Shown in pieces: positions 35,577 through 42,979 of a stretch of 59,429 bases of DNA; positions within the stretch are counted from its first letter, which is position 1; each line of letters starts with the position of its first letter. A program made the position numbers and the translations under genes. This DNA comes from Patescibacteria group bacterium (lineage in GTDB: Bacteria > Patescibacteriota > Microgenomatia > Levybacterales > GWA1-39-11). Below the pieces are notes generated by a model, which searched no databases, was not told the origin of the DNA, and saw only the letters and a program-made list of their open reading frames with translations. The stretch lies in the NCBI GenBank assembly GCA_035545675.1, contig DASZYA010000029.1:1-59429 (forward strand). Direction: 5' to 3'.

Positions 35577-36581
35577 ATGAATGACTTAATTGAGAGAGCA
35601 AAGGTTCTTGTTGAAAGATTAGATATTGTAGATAAGAAAAAAAAGATAGAAATATTGGAGGCAGAATCTGCAAATCCAGATTTTTGGAAGGATACAAACG
35701 CTGCAACGCGCAAGATGAAGGAGCTTGCCGCGCTTCAGAAAATAGTAGATGATGGGCAAAAATTAAGTGAATATATAGAATCAAATACTACAACAGGACT
35801 TGAGACTCTTCTCTCTGATATGGAGAAATATCTCTATTTGTCAGGTCCATATGACAATAAAAATGCAATTATGACAATTCACGCAGGCCAAGGGGGAAGT
35901 GACGCTATGGATTGGGCTGCAATGCTTGAAAGGATGTATATGAGATTTTTTGAGAAAAAAGATTGGAGCTACGAAATTGTAGATGAAGCTTCCGGAGAAG
36001 AGGCTGGAATTAAAAGCGCAGTTTTAGCAGTAGAAGGTGAGTTCGCCTATGGGTATTTAAAAGGCGAGATTGGGACGCATCGTTTAGTTAGGCTATCTCC
36101 GTTTAATGCCAATAATCTTCGTCAAACATCATTTGCGTTAGTTGAGGTTCTTCCTCAAATTGAGGATGCTGATGTAGATATAAAAGAAGACGATCTTGAA
36201 TGGGAATTTTATAGAGCCGGAGGACACGGAGGGCAGAATGTAAACAAAGTTTCAACTGCAGTAAGACTAAAACACAAACCAACTGGAATTGTTGTTTCTT
36301 GTCAGACTGAACGCTTTCAGGCGCAAAATAGAGAATATGCGTTAAAGCTTCTCAAAGCAAAGCTTTGGGCTCACGAAGAAGAAAAGAGAAGCGCTGAAGA
36401 GAAAGAACTAAAAGGAGAATATAAGCCGGCTTCTTGGGGAAATCAAATCCGTTCATATGTTTTACACCCATACCAGATGGTCAAAGATTTAAGAACAGGT
36501 GTTGAAACTAGCCAAACAGAAGCAGTTTTAGGGGGCGATATAGACGTATTTATTGACGCAGAACTTAAAACTAGTAGTTAG
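35577..36581 (+). CDS. prfB: Peptide chain release factor 2 (uninterrupted ORF)
   Basis: SPF (RLSPFNA) and GGQ (GGHGGQNVN). No in-frame TGA or CTTTGAC site near codon 25. Confidence 0.93.
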   Translation: MNDLIERAKVLVERLDIVDKKKKIEILEAESANPDFWKDTNAATRKMKELAALQKIVDDGQKLSEYIESNTTTGLETLLSDMEKYLYLSGPYDNKNAIMTIHAGQGGSDAMDWAAMLERMYMRFFEKKDWSYEIVDEASGEEAGIKSAVLAVEGEFAYGYLKGEIGTHRLVRLSPFNANNLRQTSFALVEVLPQIEDADVDIKEDDLEWEFYRAGGHGGQNVNKVSTAVRLKHKPTGIVVSCQTERFQAQNREYALKLLKAKLWAHEEEKRSAEEKELKGEYKPASWGNQIRSYVLHPYQMVKDLRTGVETSQTEAVLGGDIDVFIDAELKTSS

Positions 36582-36604
36582 GTACTAGGGAATAGGGATT
36601 AGGT
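36572..36604 (+). repeat. (TAG-N4)x5 heptamer array spanning the prfB stop codon
   Basis: TAG at 36572, 36579 (stop), 36586, 36593 and 36600. The 18-mer 36586-36603 is identical to 42601-42618. Confidence 0.75.
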
Positions 36605-36612
36605 AAAAAATA

Positions 36613-37074
36613 ATGAGAAAAGTAATAGAGGGAGAGAAACATTTTACAGTATCTGCCTGGATACTTACAAAAACAAAGCCTGCTAAAGTCCTTCTTATTC
36701 TTCATAAGAAGTTTAACAAATGGATTCAACCAGGAGGTCACATTGAAGAATTTGAAAATCCAATTGATGCAGTGATTCGTGAGGCAAAAGAGGAGTCGGG
36801 AATCGATATCTCATTCTTAGCAAATGATATTGTGATTGGAAATGAAGTTAAATTTTTGCCAAACTCGGTTTTCTTTATGGAGCAAACAATTCCTGAACAT
36901 AAAGGTCAGCCAAGTCACTTCCACCTAGATTTTAGTTATGTTGTAAAAGTTGATGAGCAAGAGATAAATCAGAGTGAATTAAATAATGATCAAGTGGGGT
37001 GGTTTACAAAAGAAGAAGCTCTCAAATTAGATACCCATCTTGATACAAAAACTATCCTAAAAAAGATAATGTGA
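36613..37074 (+). CDS. NUDIX hydrolase
   Basis: Nudix box GGHIEEFENPIDAVIREAKEESGI. Confidence 0.88.
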   Translation: MRKVIEGEKHFTVSAWILTKTKPAKVLLILHKKFNKWIQPGGHIEEFENPIDAVIREAKEESGIDISFLANDIVIGNEVKFLPNSVFFMEQTIPEHKGQPSHFHLDFSYVVKVDEQEINQSELNNDQVGWFTKEEALKLDTHLDTKTILKKIM

Positions 37075-37078
37075 TGGG

Positions 37079-37603
37079 TTGCGCAAAAGCACGAAATGTG
37101 CTTTACTAAAGTGTATGGAAGAGAGTCAGAAACTGATTCATACTTTTGATAATTCTTCTAAAAGTAGTAAGCCAGTGAGTTCTATGAATGAGAATATAGC
37201 AGGTAAAGCAAAACCACCAATTGTTCTTTTTGTAGTATTACTTCTTTTGGGTGTCTTCACGGGTTATGTTGTTGCACAAATTAAAGGTTCATCAACTGTT
37301 AAGATTGCAGGGCCTGGTGGTAAAGTTACAACAACAACACTCACCAAAGGTCAGATTTTTGGTTCTAAAGATGAAAAAACTTTTAAAGATAGTGCAGAAG
37401 GAACACTTAAAACAGGTGGAATAGATGGAGAGGGTGCATATCACTTAGAGCGTCCGGGTGGAGACTCTCAGAATGTCTACTTAACTTCCTCAGTTATAGA
37501 TCTCTCAACATTCGTAGGTAAAAAGGTTAAAGTCTGGGGACAAACCAACGCATCTGACAAAGCAGGTTGGTTAATGGATGTCGGAAGACTTCAGGTTGAA
37601 TAA
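37079..37603 (+). CDS. Hypothetical membrane-anchored protein (start uncertain)
   Basis: One TM helix (PIVLFVVLLLLGVFTGYVV). Internal ATGs are possible starts. Confidence 0.45.
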   Translation: MRKSTKCALLKCMEESQKLIHTFDNSSKSSKPVSSMNENIAGKAKPPIVLFVVLLLLGVFTGYVVAQIKGSSTVKIAGPGGKVTTTTLTKGQIFGSKDEKTFKDSAEGTLKTGGIDGEGAYHLERPGGDSQNVYLTSSVIDLSTFVGKKVKVWGQTNASDKAGWLMDVGRLQVE

Positions 37604-37651
37604 AATCAATCTGTCCTAAACGAATTTATATTCAATTTAAAATGTGTTCTT

Positions 37652-38479
37652 ATGATTGTGTTTCGCGATGTAACTAAGCAATATGGTGGTAGTGAGCCTG
37701 TCCTTGATAACGTAAATTTTGAAATAGACAAGGGGGCTTTTGTGTATCTTATTGGCCCTACAGGGTCAGGTAAAACCACGATTTTTCGCCTCATTATTCG
37801 CGATCTTCTTCCTTCAAGCGGCGGTATAAATATTGGTGAATGGGATCTTGTTAATCTTCCAAAATCTATAATCCCAACTCTAAGACGTAAGGTTGGAGTA
37901 ATCTTTCAGGACCTCAAGCTTTTGATGGACAGGACAGTCGTAGAAAATGTAATGCTTCCACTTCAATTCTCTGGTACAAAAGAGGAAGAGGCAAGGAAAA
38001 AAGCAGAAGAAGTTTTGATAAGCGTAGGACTAGAGGGAAAAATTGAAAAGTTCCCAATGCAGCTATCCGGGGGAGAACGCCAAAGAGTTGCTATTGCCCG
38101 CGCTTTGGTTTTTGATCCAGAAGTATTATTAGCAGATGAACCTACTGGAAATCTTGATACACAAACATCATTTCAGATATTGGATTTACTCAAAAGTATT
38201 AATAAGCGTGGAACAACTATTTTCATGGCAACTCACAATGATAGGATAATTGAGAAAACTAGTGATCGCGTAATAGCAATTGAACATGGTAAGCTAATTC
38301 ATGATAAGAAAGCTGCAAAAAAAGACAGCACAGAAGAAAAAGACGATAAAAAAACTAAAGAAGCACACGAAACAAAGACAGCGGGTAACCCGCCAGCTGG
38401 CGAAGATGATGACAAAAAGAAGGGTTCAATAAAATTAGAATCTTTGGCAGCAAAGGGGGATAAAGCCAATAGCAAATAG
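37652..38479 (+). CDS. ftsE: Cell-division ABC ATPase FtsE with a charged C-terminal tail
   Basis: GPTGSGKTT, LSGGERQR, LLADEPTGNLD and a K/D/E-rich tail of about 55 aa. Confidence 0.9.
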   Translation: MIVFRDVTKQYGGSEPVLDNVNFEIDKGAFVYLIGPTGSGKTTIFRLIIRDLLPSSGGINIGEWDLVNLPKSIIPTLRRKVGVIFQDLKLLMDRTVVENVMLPLQFSGTKEEEARKKAEEVLISVGLEGKIEKFPMQLSGGERQRVAIARALVFDPEVLLADEPTGNLDTQTSFQILDLLKSINKRGTTIFMATHNDRIIEKTSDRVIAIEHGKLIHDKKAAKKDSTEEKDDKKTKEAHETKTAGNPPAGEDDDKKKGSIKLESLAAKGDKANSK

Positions 38480-38534
38480 CGCGTAGCGGATAGAAAACTA
38501 TCAGCTAAAAGCTATAAGCCATAAGCTAAATAAT
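38470..38534 (+). repeat. Heptamer array filling the ftsE-ftsX spacer
   Basis: TAG at 38470, 38477 (stop), 38484 and 38491, then AGCTAAA AGCTATA AGCCATA AGCTAAA at 38503-38530. A single 7-nt phase holds throughout. Confidence 0.7.
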
Positions 38535-39398
38535 ATGCATTTTGATACAGTAGCAAAATATATTAGAAGGTCACCTTATCAATCGCTTTCAGCAGCGCTA
38601 ATTATGAGCCTTACCTTCTTTACTATTACGATCTTTGGAATTCTCACAATATTCTCAATAAGATTTATTGCTTATTTTGAGTCACGTCCTCAGCTCACAG
38701 TGTTTTTCAAAGATACTGCAACAAAAGCAGACATTGACTCTATGCAGAAGAGTCTTGAGAATACAGGAAAAACTTCTTCCGTGACTTATGTTTCAAAAGA
38801 ACAGGCCCTAAAAATTTATAAACAGCAAAATAAGAGTGATCCTTTACTTTTGGATCTTGTTACCTCAGATATTCTACCTGCATCTATTGAAATACAGGCT
38901 TTACAGGCAGAAGATTTATCCTCTCTTGCTAGTGTTGTTCAAAAGTCCCCTTTAGTAGAAGAAGTTGTGTTTCAGAAAGATATTGTTGATACTCTAATCT
39001 CTTGGACAAATGCTGCAAGAAGAGTTGGGATTGCCATAATTGCTATTCTCACAACGGTTTCAGTATTAGTCATAATTACAATCATAGGAATAAGAATTAC
39101 GGTAAGGCGCGAGGAGATAGAAATAATGAAACTAATTGGTGCTTCTAACTGGTTTATTAGGGCGCCATTCCTTATGGAAGGAGCCTTCTATGGGCTAGTT
39201 GGATCCTTGGTGGGAGGGTTATCTGCGATTGGAATATTTTATTATTTCCAGCCGGCAATAGAAGTATTTTTGAAAGGTATAGCAATTTTCCCTCTTAATC
39301 CATTGATTTTACTTGAGTTGTTACTCATTGAGATTATCATTGCTTGTAGTTTGGGAGCTTTTGCGAGTTACATGGCAGTTCTTCGCTACCTAAAATAG
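38535..39398 (+). CDS. ftsX: Cell-division permease FtsX
   Basis: Four TM helices, an extracytoplasmic domain between TM1 and TM2, adjacent to ftsE. Confidence 0.88.
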   Translation: MHFDTVAKYIRRSPYQSLSAALIMSLTFFTITIFGILTIFSIRFIAYFESRPQLTVFFKDTATKADIDSMQKSLENTGKTSSVTYVSKEQALKIYKQQNKSDPLLLDLVTSDILPASIEIQALQAEDLSSLASVVQKSPLVEEVVFQKDIVDTLISWTNAARRVGIAIIAILTTVSVLVIITIIGIRITVRREEIEIMKLIGASNWFIRAPFLMEGAFYGLVGSLVGGLSAIGIFYYFQPAIEVFLKGIAIFPLNPLILLELLLIEIIIACSLGAFASYMAVLRYLK

Positions 39399-39410
39399 CT
39401 ATTGGCTTAA

Positions 39411-39438
39411 TAGTTAATAGTTTATAGTTTATGGTTAA
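39411..39438 (+). repeat. Heptamer array TAGTTAA TAGTTTA TAGTTTA TGGTTAA overlapping the start codon
   Basis: The 15-mer AATAGTTTATAGTTT (39416-39430) recurs at 53277-53291. Confidence 0.7.
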
Positions 39439-40681
39439 AATGTTTTTTAAAAATAAGTTAGCGTTAATTCTTCTAGTTTCAATAATATTTTGTTCATTTG
39501 TTGTTGGAAGGGTTTATGCTGATGATCCAACACCAACACCTACCCCAACTTCTGCACCCGATAACTCTCAAGCTATAAATGATCTCCAAAAGCAAATCAA
39601 TGATTATCAATCAAAGATTTCTGATCTTCAAAGCCAAGAGAAAACTTTTACCTCACAAATAGCTATTATGGATAATCAAATTAAATTAACAGAACTTAGA
39701 ATTAATGCAACAAAAGAGCAAATTGCACAACTTGAAAAAGATATAGATATTGCAAAAAACAAAGTTTCAAATCTGCAAAGTGATATTGATGTTTCTACAA
39801 AAGCTTTGGTAGGAAGAATTGCTGCAGTTTATCAGGTGGGATCAATCAAGCCTTGGCAAGTTTTTTTAACGGCCAATGATATTTCTGACGTATTTACAAG
39901 ACTCACTTATCTTAGAGTTGTTCAGGCATATGATAAGAGAAAGGTTTATGCAGCAGAGCAAGCCAAAAATGATTATGCTAACCAACAAGATATATATCAA
40001 AAAGAACAAGATGAGGCCGAGGCTCTTAATAAAAAATTGAATGATTATACAGATCAGCTTGATCAACAGAAGGCAGATAAGCAAACCTTGCTTACTCAAA
40101 CTCAAGGAAGTGAGGCAAATTACCAAAGGTTACTTGCTCAAGCAAAAGCACAGCTGGCGGGATTCTCAAAATTCTCTCAAAATGCTGGAGGAGCATCATT
40201 GCTTTCCGGTCAAACATCGTGTGATGATTGGGGATGTTATTACAACCAACGCGATACGCAATGGGGAGGAATGTCTCTAAATGGTACGCAGTATACGATA
40301 GCCTCAGATGGATGTCTTGTTACTTCTATGGCTATGGTAATGACTCACTATGGACATAGGGGTGTTACTCCTATTTCAATTAATTCAAACCCAGATAATT
40401 TTGCTTCTTATTATCCTGCCTACCTTCTCTATACGATTCATGCAGATGGAGCAACGGCTCAAAGAATTGGTGCCTCAATTGATTCAATCCTATCAAGCGG
40501 TAACCCAGTAGTTGTTGGTATCCATGCATATGGGGGAACTCATTTTGTTGTGTTAACAAGCGGAAATGGTGGAAACTATAAAATGCGCGATCCATACTTA
40601 GCAAGTGCTAAAGATATTAATTTTTCCGACCATTATTCGATAGGAAGTATATTTGAAATAGATAAGGTTGTCGTTAACTAA
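39431..40681 (+). CDS. Secreted coiled-coil protein with a C-terminal papain-fold (peptidase C39-like) domain; PcsB/EnvC-type FtsEX partner candidate
   Basis: Signal/TM segment, PT linker, about 200 aa of heptad-rich coiled coil, then DGCLVTSMAMV (Cys) and GGTHFVVL (His). Confidence 0.65.
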   Translation: MVKMFFKNKLALILLVSIIFCSFVVGRVYADDPTPTPTPTSAPDNSQAINDLQKQINDYQSKISDLQSQEKTFTSQIAIMDNQIKLTELRINATKEQIAQLEKDIDIAKNKVSNLQSDIDVSTKALVGRIAAVYQVGSIKPWQVFLTANDISDVFTRLTYLRVVQAYDKRKVYAAEQAKNDYANQQDIYQKEQDEAEALNKKLNDYTDQLDQQKADKQTLLTQTQGSEANYQRLLAQAKAQLAGFSKFSQNAGGASLLSGQTSCDDWGCYYNQRDTQWGGMSLNGTQYTIASDGCLVTSMAMVMTHYGHRGVTPISINSNPDNFASYYPAYLLYTIHADGATAQRIGASIDSILSSGNPVVVGIHAYGGTHFVVLTSGNGGNYKMRDPYLASAKDINFSDHYSIGSIFEIDKVVVN

Positions 40682-40716
40682 TTGAATATTATTCTACTTA
40701 CTGCTAGACTCCTAAT

Positions 40717-40737
40717 TAGATATTAGATATTAATGAA
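40717..40737 (+). repeat. Heptamers TAGATAT TAGATAT TAATGAA directly before ATG 40737
   Basis: Seen in sequence. Confidence 0.55.
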
Positions 40738-41603
40738 TGATTAAGAAGTTATTATTAATATTATTTTTCTCTTTATCCTTTTTTGTATTGGTTCCATCAA
40801 AAGTCTTTGCGGTCACGGTCTCTGTAACTAATTCTCCTTCTACCATTGGTTCTGATTCATTCAAGGTTACAGTTTCTGTAACTGGTGCATCAGCAGGAAC
40901 AAATTACTTAAGAATTGATTTATATAAGGACGGAACTACAAATTACTTTGGTGAAACAAATGGTGCGAATGGTTGGTATAGCGGTAGTGACGGTAAGCAG
41001 TATTTTCCTATAACTATCCAGTCTGGGACTGCCTGGAGCGGAGACGTAGAGGCAAGAATTGGATCGCCAAGTCAATCAAATTATGATGGACAGGGATCAT
41101 ACAAACTACGAATAAGAAGATATACGGATTCTGGGAATCAAGGCGGAGAAGATGCAAATCTTAGTGCAGTCTCCGTGAATATTTCTGTTCCTACTCTTAC
41201 TCCTACGCCCACTATTACTCCAACTCCTACCAATGCGCCTACCCCCACAAAAACTCCCACCCCAACTCCAACCAGCTCTCCAACTGCAACATCTACCCCA
41301 ATCAAAACTCCCACTCCCACTGTTAAAGCGAGCGCAACATCTACACCTAGCCCAACAGAAGAGGAGACAGAAGGATCAAGCAACGGATCAGATTTATCAC
41401 TTGCTTCTGATTCACAGGATAAGGTTTTTGGTGATGGGACTATCTCACCTACACCAAAAACAGAGGTTTTGGGGGCTAGTACTAGTATTGGAAATCCTTT
41501 TCTTTTTGTTGCTCTTGGTTTGATATTTATAGTTGTTTGTGGCATACTTGCCTACTTCCAGTTGGGAGACAAGATTTTTATATGGAAGAAGAAAGATTCG
41601 TAA
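40737..41603 (+). CDS. Secreted protein with PT-rich linker and C-terminal TM anchor
   Basis: Signal peptide, globular domain, the run TPTPTITPTPTNAPTPTKTPTPTPTSSPT, and a C-terminal hydrophobic helix plus a basic tail. Confidence 0.6.
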   Translation: MIKKLLLILFFSLSFFVLVPSKVFAVTVSVTNSPSTIGSDSFKVTVSVTGASAGTNYLRIDLYKDGTTNYFGETNGANGWYSGSDGKQYFPITIQSGTAWSGDVEARIGSPSQSNYDGQGSYKLRIRRYTDSGNQGGEDANLSAVSVNISVPTLTPTPTITPTPTNAPTPTKTPTPTPTSSPTATSTPIKTPTPTVKASATSTPSPTEEETEGSSNGSDLSLASDSQDKVFGDGTISPTPKTEVLGASTSIGNPFLFVALGLIFIVVCGILAYFQLGDKIFIWKKKDS

Positions 41604-42025
41604 GTGAAAATGCAGCTTCAACACAAAAACTTGGGGAAGAGTTGGCCCAAAGTCTAAAGCCGGGAGACATAATAAGTCTTACTGGCAATTTAGGTGCTGG
41701 AAAAACAACTTTTGTTCAGGGACTAGCAAAAGGACTTGGAATAGAAGAAAGGATAATATCTCCGACCTTCGTTTTAGTTAGACAACATAATATTCATCCT
41801 AAGACCCAAGATCTAGGATCTAACATCAAAACTTTATATCATATAGATCTTTATAGACTTGAAGGAGAAGAAAGTATTAAAAATATAGGACTAGAAGAGT
41901 TTCTAAATGATCCTAATGCCGTATCGGTTATTGAATGGGCAAAAAAGCATCCCGGTCTTAGGCCAAATATAGAAATAGAAATTGAGAACGAAGATGATAA
42001 GAGAGTTATAAAAATAAAAAAATGA
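41582..42025 (+). CDS. tsaE: tRNA t6A biosynthesis ATPase TsaE
   Basis: GNLGAGKTT, SPTFVLV and HIDLYRL. I prefer ATG 41582. Confidence 0.88.
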   Translation: MEEERFVSENAASTQKLGEELAQSLKPGDIISLTGNLGAGKTTFVQGLAKGLGIEERIISPTFVLVRQHNIHPKTQDLGSNIKTLYHIDLYRLEGEESIKNIGLEEFLNDPNAVSVIEWAKKHPGLRPNIEIEIENEDDKRVIKIKK

Positions 42026-42603
42026 ATAAAGGCTTAAATGAATCCGTTAAGGTTCTGAAGAAGGGGGGAGTAATAATATATCCTACTGATACTGCTTTTG
42101 GGATAGGTTGTAAGGTGGATGAAGAACAGGTTATCAATAAGTTATTTAAGCTAAGAAGAAGGCCAAAAGAAAAAGCAGTTCCAATATTGGTTTCCTCAAT
42201 AAAAATGGCAGAAGATTATGCAGAGATTAATCCCAAAGCAAAAGCCCTCATGGAAAAATATTGGCCAGGGGGGTTAACGATAATTGTTAAGGCAAAGAAG
42301 GATAAGATTCCGTTTCTCGCTCGTGGTGGAGGAGAAACAGTGGGTTTGAGAATGCCAAATCATAAAACAACGCTTGCCTTAATTAGAAAAATTAATACGC
42401 CGCTTATTGGTTGTTCGGCAAATTTCGCAGGTGAGGCAACACCTTACAAATTTTTAGATCTTAACAAAGATTTAATTAAAAAGGTGGATTATGTTTTGAT
42501 GGGTAGAACTTCAGCAAAGTTAGCTTCAACAGTTGTTGATACCACAGGAGACAGGCTTAATATCGTAAGAGAAGGAGCAGTCAAATTAGGGACTAGGAAT
42601 TAG
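42022..42603 (+). CDS. tsaC: L-threonylcarbamoyladenylate synthase (TsaC/YrdC/Sua5 family)
   Basis: IIYPTDTAFGIG, RRRPKEKAVPIL and GLRMPNH. ATGA overlap with tsaE. Confidence 0.88.
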   Translation: MNKGLNESVKVLKKGGVIIYPTDTAFGIGCKVDEEQVINKLFKLRRRPKEKAVPILVSSIKMAEDYAEINPKAKALMEKYWPGGLTIIVKAKKDKIPFLARGGGETVGLRMPNHKTTLALIRKINTPLIGCSANFAGEATPYKFLDLNKDLIKKVDYVLMGRTSAKLASTVVDTTGDRLNIVREGAVKLGTRN

Positions 42604-42621
42604 GGAATAGGGATTAGGAAC
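42587..42621 (+). repeat. (TAG-N4)x5 heptamer array spanning the tsaC stop codon
   Basis: TAGGGAC TAGGAAT TAGGGAA TAGGGAT TAGGAAC, with TAG at 42587, 42594, 42601 (stop), 42608 and 42615. ATG 42629 is in the same 7-nt phase. Confidence 0.75.
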
Positions 42622-42628
42622 AGAAATT

Positions 42629-42940
42629 ATGAATATATTAAAAATAGATACAAGAAATAATTCGAATATAAAAGTCACCTTATTAAAAGGTGAGGAAAAA
42701 TTCGAAAGGGAGTCAGAGGCTGTAACCGCTAAGGCGCAGGTCGCGCTACCTTTAATAAGCGAGTTGCTTAAAGAGTCAGATCTTAAGATTCAAGATATAG
42801 ATGAGATTGAGGTGGAAAAAACTGATGGATCACTCACTGGATTAAGGGTTGGAGTTGCAATTGCAAATGCTTTGTCCTTTGGGGCTCAAATTAAGATAAA
42901 CGGTAAGGAATTGGGCGAAATAGAATTGCCAGAATATTAA
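42629..42940 (+). CDS. tsaB: Truncated TsaB-like protein (N-terminal ASKHA lobe only, 103 aa)
   Basis: MNILKIDTRNN... and TDGSLTGLRVGVAIANAL correspond to TsaB MKILAIDTS... and GPGSFTGLRIG. The protein has roughly half the usual length. Confidence 0.55.
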   Translation: MNILKIDTRNNSNIKVTLLKGEEKFERESEAVTAKAQVALPLISELLKESDLKIQDIDEIEVEKTDGSLTGLRVGVAIANALSFGAQIKINGKELGEIELPEY

Positions 42941-42964
42941 TCAATCAATTTTCACACATAATTC

Positions 42965-42973
42965 TGGTATTAT
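42965..42973 (+). promoter_or_regulatory. Extended -10 TGGTATTAT 6 nt upstream of ATG 42980
   Basis: TGGTATTAT-ctaaat-ATG. No SD is visible. Confidence 0.45.
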
Positions 42974-42979
42974 CTAAAT

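Noticed and set aside
36586-36603. TAGGGAATAGGGATTAGG resembles telomere-type TTAGGG/TTTAGGG repeats.
   Set aside because: It is an internal, very short array in a bacterial operon spacer. The unit is TAGGNAN rather than a strict telomeric unit. It is better explained as part of the genome's heptamer-array phenomenon.
41138-41545. Repetitive DNA and two overlapping ORFs (41138-41545 minus strand, 41233-41523 plus strand). These could be mistaken for a tandem repeat, a CRISPR-like array or extra genes.
   Set aside because: The repetitiveness is the ACNCCN codon run encoding the Pro/Thr linker of the 40737-41603 protein. There is no repeat-spacer architecture, and the alternative frames are by-products.
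42022-42025. Possible alternative genetic code (UGA as sense), as in some CPR lineages.
   Set aside because: TGA terminates tsaE in an ATGA stop/start overlap. Other ORFs of normal family length also end at TGA, and RF2 is encoded in the window.
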